A stretch of 64,000 bases of DNA from Pseudomonadota bacterium. GTDB lineage: Bacteria > Desulfobacterota > Desulfarculia > Desulfarculales > Desulfarculaceae. This document shows, in pieces, positions 36,266-44,131 of this stretch. The DNA lies in contig JAZDHW010000172.1 of NCBI GenBank assembly GCA_043805555.1, positions 1,689-65,688 of the forward strand. The letters run 5' to 3'. The translations under genes were made by a program, and so were the position numbers. How positions within the stretch are numbered: position 1 is the stretch's first letter; each line of letters opens with the position of its first letter. Below the pieces are notes generated by a model. It was given only the letters and a program-made list of their open reading frames with translations. It had not been told where the DNA came from and ran no database searches.

Positions 36266-37146
36266 GATCGTGGTCCTGAGCGGCAAGGGCGGCACCGGCA
36301 AGACCTCGCTGACCGCCGCCTTCGCCCATCTGGCCAACGCGCCGGTGATCTGCGACCTGGACGTGGACGCGCCCGACCTGCACCTGCTGCTGCAGCCCCG
36401 GCCCGAGAGCGACCACGAGTTCCGCTCGGGCAACGAGGCGGTCATCGACCCCGAGCTGTGCCAGGCCTGCGGAGAGTGCCTGGAGCGCTGCCGCTACGAG
36501 GCCATCGCCCTGCGCGAGGGCGTCTATCATGTCGACCCCCTGCGCTGCGAAGGCTGCAAGGTCTGCGTGCAGTTCTGCCCGGCCGGGGCCATCGCTTTCC
36601 CCGTGCGCTACTGCGGCGACTGGCACATCTCCGCGACCCGCTTCGGGCCCCTGGTCCACGCCCCAGCTTTTTCCCGGCCAGGAGAACTCCGGCCGCCTGG
36701 TGGCATTGCTGCGCCAGGAGGCCAAGACCCTGGCCAAGAGCCTGGGCCGCGAGCTGATCCTGTGCGACGGCGCGCCGGGCATCGGCTGCCCGGTCATCAG
36801 CTCGCTGAGCGGGGTGGATCTCGCCGTGGCGGTGTGCGAGCCCACGCCCTCGGGCCTGCACGACCTGAAGCGCCTGGCCCAACTGAGCGCCCATTTCCGG
36901 GTGCCGCTGGCGGTGATCGTCAACAAGGCCGACCTGAGCCCGGAGCGCACCAGCCAGATCGAGGACTTCTGCCGCCAGGACGGCCTGGCCCTCGTCGCCT
37001 GCCTGCCCTTCAGCCGGGCGGTGGTGGAGGCCATGCTGCACGCCCAGGCGGTGACCGAGTACGAACAAGGTGAACTGAGTCAAAGTCTGCGCCGGGCCTG
37101 GGAGGTCATCACCACGATGGCCGCCTCCCGGAGCCGGGCCCATTGA
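36258..37146 (+). pseudogene. Second MinD/ParA-ferredoxin ATPase, interrupted by a +1 frameshift near 36660-36664
   Basis: Frame A (36258-) encodes VVLSGKGGTGKTS, CQACGECLERC, CEGCKVCVQFCP and ...RFGPLVHA. Frame B continues with QLFPGQENSGRLVALLRQ...DGAPGIGCPV... up to 37146. Removing one C from the run GCCCCA restores a single ORF. Confidence 0.7.
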
Positions 37147-37181
37147 ACTATGTCCCCTGTTTTTTCACCAAGGAGCCGAAG

Positions 37182-37559
37182 ATGAAAACGGTGGTTGCCT
37201 TCCCATCCAGCCAGCCCGGCGGCCTGGACGCCGCCCTGGGCGCCCATTTCGGTCACTGCGACCTCTACACCGTCATCACCCTGGAGGATGAGACCATCTC
37301 CGACGTGAAGCTCTTACCCAACGTGCCCCATCAGCAGGGCGGCTGCCTGGCCCCGGTGCAGTTCCTGGCCCAGAACGGCGTCCAGGTGCTGGTGGCCGGC
37401 GGCATGGGACTGCGGCCGCTCATGGGTTTCAACCAGGTGGGCATCGCGGTCTACTATGGCGGCGGCCACGCCAGCGTCTCCGCTGCGGCCACGGCCCTGG
37501 CCCAGGGGCAACTGCCCCGCTTCAGCCAGGACTTCACCTGCGGCGGCGGCGGCCACTAG
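37182..37559 (+). CDS. NifX/NifB-C-type (FeMo-cofactor biosynthesis-like) domain protein
   Basis: The sequence contains VAFPSSQPGGLDAALGAHFGHCDLYTV and VLVAGGMG. An AGGAG RBS precedes ATG 37182. Confidence 0.75.
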   Translation: MKTVVAFPSSQPGGLDAALGAHFGHCDLYTVITLEDETISDVKLLPNVPHQQGGCLAPVQFLAQNGVQVLVAGGMGLRPLMGFNQVGIAVYYGGGHASVSAAATALAQGQLPRFSQDFTCGGGGH

Positions 37560-37727
37560 GTGCGTGTCGGAGAAAGCCATCCATGGCTTTTTCCTCTTGG
37601 AACTTGCCAAAAGTGAACTTTGGCAAGTTCTCGGAATGGCGCCAAAAATTAATTTGGCGCCATTCCGGGCGGGCCGTCCATGGCCCGCTCGGAAGCCTGT
37701 CGGAGGATTACTCCGACAGGCTCCTAG
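37557..37727 (+). mobile_element. 171-bp MITE-like element, copy A
   Basis: It is bounded by CTAG...CTAG. The imperfect terminal inverted repeats are CTAGGTGCGTGTCGGAGAAAGCC and the reverse complement CTAGGAGCCTGTCGGAGTAATCC. The interior is five consecutive hairpins. Confidence 0.75.
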
Positions 37728-37804
37728 CAACGCCAAGCGCCCGCGCCCGGCGCGCGGCATAGACCTGGCCGGGGCCGCAAGACCCCGGAGGCGAGGAGCG
37801 GCCC

Positions 37805-38053
37805 ATGCCCATCTATGACGTTAAATGCCTCCGCTGCGGCCGGGTGGGGGAGGTGCTGGTTACAGGCGCCAGCGCCCCCCTGCCCTGTCCGCATTGCGGC
37901 AGCGAACAGACCGAAAAGCTTGTCTCGGCTCCCAGCGCCCTCACCGGCCGCGCGGCCACCCTGCGGCCGGGGCCAGCCGACCATGGCTGCTGTGGGAGCC
38001 GGCCCCAGGATGCCGGCTGCGCCGGCCCCGGCTCCTGCTGCGGCCGGGCCTAG
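37805..38053 (+). CDS. FmdB-family zinc-ribbon protein
   Basis: The sequence contains MPIYDVKCLRCG and CPHCGS, with a Cys-rich tail. A GAGGAG RBS lies upstream. Confidence 0.7.
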   Translation: MPIYDVKCLRCGRVGEVLVTGASAPLPCPHCGSEQTEKLVSAPSALTGRAATLRPGPADHGCCGSRPQDAGCAGPGSCCGRA

Positions 38054-38062
38054 GCGGTTGCC

Positions 38063-38428
38063 ATGACCAAGGTGCTGTTGGTGGGCCGCAATCCGGGCGG
38101 GCTTTCCGCCCTGGCCGCGGCCCTGAGCGAGACCGCGGAGGTGGACGTGCGCTGGGCCGAGGGCGCCAGTCCGGCCCTGGACCAGGCGCGCCAATGGCGG
38201 CCCCACCTGGCCGTGCTGGACGACGGCCTGGACCGTGAGGGCCCCTGGCCTTTGATCCGCGCGCTGCTGGCGGTGGACGCCTTCCTCAACACCGCGGTGG
38301 TCAGCGCGCTGGAGTCCGAGGAGTTCCACGAGGCAGGCGAGGGCCTGGGCATCCTGGCCCAACTGCCGCCCGCGCCCGGCCCGGCCGAGGCTGCCTGGCT
38401 GCTCTACCACCTGCGGGCGCTGGGCTGA
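38063..38428 (+). CDS. Atypical stand-alone receiver (CheY-like) domain protein
   Basis: It has KVLLVGRN (no N-terminal acidic pair), HLAVLDD (putative acceptor Asp) and TAVVSAL. Confidence 0.5.
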   Translation: MTKVLLVGRNPGGLSALAAALSETAEVDVRWAEGASPALDQARQWRPHLAVLDDGLDREGPWPLIRALLAVDAFLNTAVVSALESEEFHEAGEGLGILAQLPPAPGPAEAAWLLYHLRALG

Positions 38429-38493
38429 TAGGTGGCTCCGGTTGTTTGGACAGAATTGCTGAATCCATAAGTGGAGCCCTGCATTTTTCCATC

Positions 38494-38664
38494 TAGGTGT
38501 GTGTCGGAGAAAGCCATCCATGGCTTTCTCCTCTTGGAACTTGCCAAAAGTTAATTTTGGCAAGTTCTCGGAATGGCGCCAAAAATTAATTTGGCGCCAT
38601 TCCGGGCGGGCCGTCCATGGCCCGCTCGGAAGCCTGTCGGAGGATTACTCCGACAGGCTCCTGG
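38494..38664 (+). mobile_element. 171-bp MITE-like element, copy B
   Basis: It is near-identical to copy A and in the same orientation. Its right end is CTGG instead of CTAG. Confidence 0.75.
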
Positions 38665-38725
38665 TTATGACTCAAACGCCCCGGCCGCGCGGCCGGGGCG
38701 TTGTCGTGTGCGGGGACTGGCCGGG

Positions 38726-39805
38726 CTATTGGCGGATGGTGGTGAAGAGCCAGAGGCCCAGCAGGCTGAACAGGCCGTTGGGCAGCCAGACGGCCAGGAA
38801 GGGCGGCAGCACCCCGGAGTAGCCGAAGATGCTGCGCACGTAGGAGAAGCTGACCCAGTAGAGCAGGGCCACCCCCATGCCCACCACCACGCCCAGGGCC
38901 AGAGATTGGCCTTTTTCCTTCATCAGCGCCAGGGGGATGCCCACCAGGGCCATGATCAGGCAGACGAAGGGGAAGCTGAGCTTGGCCTGCAAATCCACCC
39001 GGTAGCGGCGCGAGTCGTAGCCCTCCTCCTCGATTTTCTGCACGTAGCGTATCAGCTCGCCCAGGCTCATCTCCTCGCTGGGCTTGGCCAGGCGGGTGAA
39101 GTCCGAGGGCCGCTCGGGCAGATCCACCTCCTGCTCATCGAAGGGCTTGGCCGAGTAGCCGCCCTCGGCCAGGCGCTCCTGCAGCAGCCCCGAGAAAAAC
39201 ACCCAGCGCCCGCCCAGGAAACGGGCCCGGCGGGCGTCCACCCGCTGGGCCAGGTTGAATTCCTTGTCGAACCGGTAGTAGGCCACGTCGGAGAGCGACT
39301 GGCTGTCCGGGTCGTAGAAGCCCACCCGGTAGATGGAGTTCTGCCCCTTGTACCAGAACTTTTCCTTGTGGATGAACTGGCCGGGGCGCTTCTCCACCAG
39401 GACCTCCCAGATGAAGTTGGTCTTGGACTTGGTGCGCGGGATCACGGTCTCGTTGAGCATGGCCACGGCCAGGGTCAGCGCTAGGCTGATGAGCAGGATG
39501 GGCAGGGTGAAGCGGAAGACGCTGACCCCGCTGGACTTGATGGCCACGATCTCGTTGCGCTTGCCCATGAGCCCCAAGGTGATGACGGTGCTCATCAGCA
39601 CCGCCACCGGCACCATCAGGGCGGTGATCTCCGGAATCTGGAGCATGAAGAAGGTGAGCATGGCCGGCGCGGCCACCCCGGCCTCCTGGAAGTTGTCCAC
39701 CTTCTCGATGAAGTCGAAGATGGTGAACAGGGCCACGAAGCCCACCACCATCAGGGCGAAGAGCTTGAGGAACTCGCGGGAGATGTACAGGGCCAGGATG
39801 CGCAC
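38726..39805 (-). CDS. lptG: LPS export ABC permease LptG
   Basis: It has the YjgP/YjgQ-type layout, MRILALYISREFLKLF..., and is adjacent to lptF. Confidence 0.85.
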   Translation of the reverse strand: MRILALYISREFLKLFALMVVGFVALFTIFDFIEKVDNFQEAGVAAPAMLTFFMLQIPEITALMVPVAVLMSTVITLGLMGKRNEIVAIKSSGVSVFRFTLPILLISLALTLAVAMLNETVIPRTKSKTNFIWEVLVEKRPGQFIHKEKFWYKGQNSIYRVGFYDPDSQSLSDVAYYRFDKEFNLAQRVDARRARFLGGRWVFFSGLLQERLAEGGYSAKPFDEQEVDLPERPSDFTRLAKPSEEMSLGELIRYVQKIEEEGYDSRRYRVDLQAKLSFPFVCLIMALVGIPLALMKEKGQSLALGVVVGMGVALLYWVSFSYVRSIFGYSGVLPPFLAVWLPNGLFSLLGLWLFTTIRQ

Positions 39806-39808
39806 GGC

Positions 39809-40996
39809 CTAGTTCACCCCCGCCCCGGCCCGTCCCCGGGCCCGCAGCCGGCTGATCAGGGCCGGGATCTTGTTTAGGTTGTCCAGGAGGGGGATGGGGG
39901 CCTCGCGCCGCTCGCGGTTGAACATCACCAGGCCCAGCAGGGCGAAGATGACGTTGGGCACCCACATGCCCACCTTGGGCGGATAGGCCCCGCTGACCCC
40001 AAAGGACCAGGCGGCCGAGAGCATGAGGTAGTAGGTGAAAAAGACCACCAGGGCCACGGCCACGCCCCAGGAGCGGCCGGAGCGGCTGTGGCTGCCCAAG
40101 GGCAGGCCGATGAGCGCCATGACCAGGCAGGAGAAGGGCAGGGTGAACTTCTTTTGCAGCTCCATGTCCAGCAGGTAATAGCGCTTGCTGCCCGGCGACT
40201 CCTTGGTCATGGCCTCCACAAGCTCGTCCAGCATCATTTCTTTCTCGTGCTTGCTGGTGCGCTGGGCCCCGCCGAAGCCGGGGGCGGCCATGGTCACGTC
40301 GTAGCTCTGGAACTGGGCGGTCTGGGCGGTCTTGAGCTGGGCCCCCACCCCGTGGATGGTGCCGTCATACAGGCGCACGGTGATCTTGCCGCCGGTGACC
40401 GGGAAGATGCGGCCGCGCTTGGCCACCACGGTGTAGGCCCGGGTGGGGTCGCGCTCGTCGACGATGAACACGTCCTGCATCTGGCCGTCGCCGGGCAGGC
40501 GGTTGATATAGATGACCAGGCCGGGGAAGTTGTCCAGGAACACGCGCTCTTTGAGCGCCAGGTCGGCCTTGGCCTGGGCCACGGTGAAGATGAGGTTCTC
40601 GAACTTGTGGTTGCCCCAGGGCAGGGCCCAGATGGCCAGCACGCTGGTGGCGGCCCAGGCCAGGAGCGCCAGGGCGGCCACCGGCGGCACCAGTTGCATC
40701 AGGCCCACGCCGGCGGCCTTGAGCGCGGTGATCTCGTTGTCGCCCGAGAGCCGCAAAAAGGCCAGCAGCACCCCCAGCAGGGTGGCCATGGGCAGGGTGA
40801 AGACGAAAAGATAGGGCAGGGTGTAGGAGAGCAGGCGGCCCACCACGTCCAGGCCCACCCCCCGGCTGACCACCAGGTCGGTCAGCTCCATGATCTTGGC
40901 CAGCAGCAGGACAAAGGTGAAGACGCCCAGGCTCACGAAAAACGGCCCCAGCATCTCCCTAAAGAGGTAACGATGTATTATCCTGGTTCCCAGCAT
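39809..40996 (-). CDS. lptF: LPS export ABC permease LptF
   Basis: The sequence begins MLGTRIIHRYLFREMLGPFF.... ATG 40996 is preferred over the 41095 track start. Confidence 0.85.
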   Translation of the reverse strand: MLGTRIIHRYLFREMLGPFFVSLGVFTFVLLLAKIMELTDLVVSRGVGLDVVGRLLSYTLPYLFVFTLPMATLLGVLLAFLRLSGDNEITALKAAGVGLMQLVPPVAALALLAWAATSVLAIWALPWGNHKFENLIFTVAQAKADLALKERVFLDNFPGLVIYINRLPGDGQMQDVFIVDERDPTRAYTVVAKRGRIFPVTGGKITVRLYDGTIHGVGAQLKTAQTAQFQSYDVTMAAPGFGGAQRTSKHEKEMMLDELVEAMTKESPGSKRYYLLDMELQKKFTLPFSCLVMALIGLPLGSHSRSGRSWGVAVALVVFFTYYLMLSAAWSFGVSGAYPPKVGMWVPNVIFALLGLVMFNRERREAPIPLLDNLNKIPALISRLRARGRAGAGVN

Positions 40997-41043
40997 GGCA
41001 GGGAGTCTAAAGGCTTGGGGGGATTTTGTAAAGGAGGACGGGG

Positions 41044-42084
41044 ATGAGCCTGCGCCAGGAGCTTGAGGCCCGCGAGGAGCAGTGGCTGTCGCCACACGCC
41101 GCCCGCTCGGGTAAAAGCCGCGGCCGGCTGCGGGCCGAGCCCGAATGCAGCCTGCGCCCGGCGTTCCAGCACGACCGCGACCGCATCCTCTACGCCAAGG
41201 CCTTCCGCCGCCTGAAGCACAAGACCCAGGTCTTCCTGGCCCCCACCGGCGACCATTACCGCACCCGGCTCACCCACACCCTGGAGGTGGCCCAGATCGC
41301 CCGCACCCTGGCCCGCAGCCTGCGGCTCAACGAGGACCTGACCGAGGCCATCGCCCTGGGCCACGACCTGGGCCACACGCCTTTCGGCCACGCCGGCGAG
41401 AAGGTGCTGGACCAACTGCTGCCCGGCGGCTTCCGCCACTGGGAGCAGTCGCTCAGGGTGGTGGACGTGCTGGAAAAAGACGGCCGGGGCCTCAACCTGA
41501 CCTTCGAGGTGCGCATGGGCATCCTAGCCCATTCCAAGGGCCGGGGGCGTTTCCTGCCGGAGCCGGGCCAGGAGCCGGACGTGACCCTGGAGGCCCAGGT
41601 GGTGCGGGCGGCCGACGTCATCGCCTACATCGCCCACGACACCGACGACGCGGTGCGCGGGGCGGTCATCGGCCAGGACGACCTGCCCCAGGTGGTGCTG
41701 GAGGTGCTGGGCCCGCGCCTGAGCCGCCAGATCGACACCATGGTGCGCGACCTGCTGACCCAGAGCCTGGCCGTGGGCGGCGGCCGCCTGGTGATGAGCC
41801 CCACGGTGGAGGAGGCCATGTGGGCCTTGCGCGATTTCCTCTACCGGCGCGTCTACGACAATTACGACGTCCACGCGGACTTCATCAAGGCCAGCAAGGT
41901 GATCCAGGAGTTGTTCGGCCATTTGCTGGACAACGACGACTTTTTCCAGACCCAGATCGGCCCGCCCCCGGCCGGGGACGAACGGGCCCGGGCCGCGGCC
42001 GACTATGTGGCCGGCATGACCGACCGCTACGCCCTGCAACTTTATGACGAGACATTCCTGCCCCGGCCCTGGGGGCGCTTTTAA
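41044..42084 (+). CDS. dGTPase-like HD-domain triphosphohydrolase
   Basis: The motifs are FQHDRDRILY, RTRLTHTLEVAQI and GHDLGHTPFGH. An AGGAGGA RBS lies upstream. Confidence 0.85.
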   Translation: MSLRQELEAREEQWLSPHAARSGKSRGRLRAEPECSLRPAFQHDRDRILYAKAFRRLKHKTQVFLAPTGDHYRTRLTHTLEVAQIARTLARSLRLNEDLTEAIALGHDLGHTPFGHAGEKVLDQLLPGGFRHWEQSLRVVDVLEKDGRGLNLTFEVRMGILAHSKGRGRFLPEPGQEPDVTLEAQVVRAADVIAYIAHDTDDAVRGAVIGQDDLPQVVLEVLGPRLSRQIDTMVRDLLTQSLAVGGGRLVMSPTVEEAMWALRDFLYRRVYDNYDVHADFIKASKVIQELFGHLLDNDDFFQTQIGPPPAGDERARAAADYVAGMTDRYALQLYDETFLPRPWGRF

Positions 42085-42155
42085 CGAAACGGGGGAAGTT
42101 CCCCCGATCTTGTGGACACCTTGAAAGGGTCGGATACTGGCCCAGGAGGTGTTCC

Positions 42156-42452
42156 ATGGGAGATCGTCGTCGGAGTTTCAGTCGTGAGTTCAAGCTGGAG
42201 GCGGTGCGTCTTGTGACGGCAGGCGGTCTGAGTGTGGCGCAGGCGGCGCGCGACCTTGGGGCCCAGGAAAGCGTTTTGGGCCGCTGGAAGAAGCATCTGG
42301 CCGAAGACCCCGAGGAAGCCTTCCCCGGCAAAGGTCGCCTGAAGGACCGGGACGAGGAACTGCGGCGATTGAGCCGTGAAAACGAGATATTGCGCCAGGA
42401 GCGCGACATCCTAAAAAAAGCCGTGGGCATCTTCTCGCGGGTGCCCAAATGA
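42156..42452 (+). CDS. IS3-family transposase OrfA (HTH)
   Basis: RRSFSREFKLEAVRLV...GLSVAQAARDLG...LGRWKK...EILRQERDILKKA. Confidence 0.75.
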   Translation: MGDRRRSFSREFKLEAVRLVTAGGLSVAQAARDLGAQESVLGRWKKHLAEDPEEAFPGKGRLKDRDEELRRLSRENEILRQERDILKKAVGIFSRVPK

Positions 42453-42834
42453 GATGCCAATTTGTTGGTGACCATTCCGGCCAGTTTCCCGTACGGCGGA
42501 TGTGCCGGGTGCTGGGGGTGCCTGCCAGCGCCTATTACGCCTGGCGGGGACGCCCGGAGAGCCCGCGGGTGCGCGAGAACCTCCGGCTTTTGGTCGAGAT
42601 TAAGGCTGTTCACTTGGCCAAGCGTGAGGGGACTGCTGGGACAACGCCCCCATGGAGGGCTTCTTCCAAACTCTCAAGACCGAGCTGGTCCACCACCGTG
42701 ATTACCAGACCCGCTGGCAAGCCAAGGCATACATCTTCGAGTACATCGAGGTCTTCTACAACCGAGGCCGTAGGCACTGCGCCTTGCGCTTCATCGCGCC
42801 AGCGGAATACGAGAGGCTCAACCTGGTTGCTTAA
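42449..42834 (+). pseudogene. IS3-family OrfB fragments (N-terminal ~60 aa joined out of frame to the C-terminal ~60 aa)
   Basis: FPVRRMCRVLGVPASAYYAWRGRP... is followed by frame 42652-42834, [13 protein letters not shown]...[11 protein letters not shown].... The DDE core is missing. Confidence 0.7.
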
Positions 42835-42869
42835 CTCTGTGTCCACAAAAACGGGGGAGGATCAACCAT

Positions 42870-42980
42870 GCGGTGGAGTATTATCGGCAGACGCGGGACC
42901 TGTTGGCCGTTCAGGAGCGCATGGGGCACGCGGACGCCAAGACCACGCAGCACTACCTGCGCTCCCTCATGGCCCGCTGA
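42870..42980 (+). pseudogene. C-terminal stub (36 codons) of a tyrosine recombinase/integrase
   Basis: AVEYYRQTRDLLAVQERMGHADAKTTQHYLRSLMAR* has the LGH...T..Y C-terminal signature. It is truncated by the IS remnant and lies 67 nt from tRNA-Arg. Confidence 0.5.
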
Positions 42981-43046
42981 GATTACACCCCATTACCCCC
43001 GGAAATTCAGCCAAGACAACCAAGGCTGGCTAACTATTTGAAATGA

Positions 43047-43123
43047 TGGTGCCCCCGGCGCGATTCGAACGCACGACCTACGGCTTAGGAGGCCGTTGCT
43101 CTGTCCAGCTGAGCTACGAGGGC
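43047..43123 (-). tRNA. tRNA-Arg (anticodon CCT)
   Basis: It was folded by hand. The acceptor stem is GCCCTCG/CGGGGGC, the D arm is GCTC..GAGC and the anticodon arm is ACGGC-CTCCTAA-GCCGT. The T arm is GTGCG-TTCGAAT-CGCGC and the CCA is encoded. Confidence 0.9.
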
Positions 43124-43163
43124 GCGAAGTGGGAGGTTAACACATGCCCCGGTCCCTGCCAAG

Positions 43164-43493
43164 TCAATGCGGGCGGCCGGGTTTGGCGGGCGGCGGCGTG
43201 GCCGGCTTGGCCCGGCGGCGCATCTGCATCTCCAGGTAGCCCTGGCTGAGGGGGTAGGGGCCGGCCATGAAGCGGGGGCAGGGGTACTGGTCGCAGTCGG
43301 CCGAGCAGTAGGCCACCCCGCGCTCTTGCGCGCAATCCAGGATGGGGCAGACCCCGCCCAGCAGCTTGAGCTGGGTGGCCAGCTTCTGGCGGGCCTCGGG
43401 CTCGGTGCCGGCCGCGCAGGGGCCGCACTTGCCCTGGCGCATCAGGCCGCAGGCCAGGCAGTTGATCCCGCAGGCCCCGGTGCCGGCGCCCAT
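43164..43493 (-). CDS. Cys-rich protein, DUF3795-like
   Basis: ACGINCLACG...KCGPC...CPILDC...YCSADCDQYPC. ATG 43493 lies 2 nt after the upstream stop. The rest of the 281-aa track ORF is an artefact. Confidence 0.6.
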   Translation of the reverse strand: MGAGTGACGINCLACGLMRQGKCGPCAAGTEPEARQKLATQLKLLGGVCPILDCAQERGVAYCSADCDQYPCPRFMAGPYPLSQGYLEMQMRRRAKPATPPPAKPGRPH

Positions 43494-43495
43494 GT

Positions 43496-44131
43496 TCACT
43501 CCTCCGGGCAGAGCCGGGCCACCAGCAGGTTGGTCAGGGCCCATACCCCGTCCAGGGCCAGCTGGTGGTGGGCGTTGGCGTCCAGGCCCACCACGGCCCG
43601 GGCGCTGAATTCCTCGTCTGCCGCCCAGAGCAGCACGAAAAGCGGCAGGTGGGGCAGGCCGGGCACCTGCACCGCCACGTCGCCGCCGGCATTGCTGGGC
43701 GTCCCGCCCAGGGCCGCGGCGCGCTGGACCAGGGCGGCCGGCTCGTGGCCAAAGGCCGCCTCCAGGGCGCGGGTGTTGACCGCGTGGGGGCCGGTGAAAA
43801 AGAGCGAGCCGCCGGGCAGCTCCTGGGGGGTGACCATGCGCCCGGCCGGGGGCACGCCCAGGGCGCGGGCCAGGTGGCTGACCAGGATCATGCCGGCCTG
43901 GAAGCCCACCCGGTGTTGGGGCCGGTCCGCCTCGCGCACCCGGCGCGCGGCCGGGTCCACCCGGTATGCGCGCCCGGCCAGGGGCAGGTGGTAGCAGCCG
44001 TCCTGCCATTGCGCGCCCGCCGCCTGGGCCGCCTCAGGGGCCGGGCGGGCGGCAAGGTCGTCCCACAGGGCGGCCGGCAATTGATCCGCCCAGCGGAAAA
44101 GGGCTATTTCCTGGGGATCAAGCGTCGCCAT
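43496..44131 (-). CDS. Hypothetical protein (possibly DUF3786-like)
   Basis: It is a 211-aa ORF with good coding appearance. Its start overlaps the carboxyltransferase stop by 14 nt. Confidence 0.5.
   Translation of the reverse strand: MATLDPQEIALFRWADQLPAALWDDLAARPAPEAAQAAGAQWQDGCYHLPLAGRAYRVDPAARRVREADRPQHRVGFQAGMILVSHLARALGVPPAGRMVTPQELPGGSLFFTGPHAVNTRALEAAFGHEPAALVQRAAALGGTPSNAGGDVAVQVPGLPHLPLFVLLWAADEEFSARAVVGLDANAHHQLALDGVWALTNLLVARLCPEE

Larger units (their letters stand above)
42099..42860 (+). mobile_element. IS3-family insertion sequence remnant with an internal deletion
   Basis: The terminal inverted repeats are TCCCCCGATCTTGTGGACAC and the reverse complement TCCCCCGTTTTTGTGGACAC. 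orfA is intact and an A7G slippery site lies at ~42412-42419. orfB lacks the central catalytic part. Confidence 0.75.

Noticed and set aside
37456-38822. Repeated peptide-like ORFs (…SEKAIHGFFLLELAKSELWQVLGMAPKINLAPFRAGRPWPARKPVGGLLRQA…) that also appear near 48417-48730
   Set aside because: The recurrence comes from translating through the three MITE copies. The sequence is made of DNA hairpins, not coding repeats.
43164-44009. 281-aa minus-strand ORF
   Set aside because: Only its last 109 codons (from ATG 43493) look like a real Cys-rich protein. The upstream part overlaps the better 43496-44131 gene in another frame and is Pro/Gly/Arg-rich.
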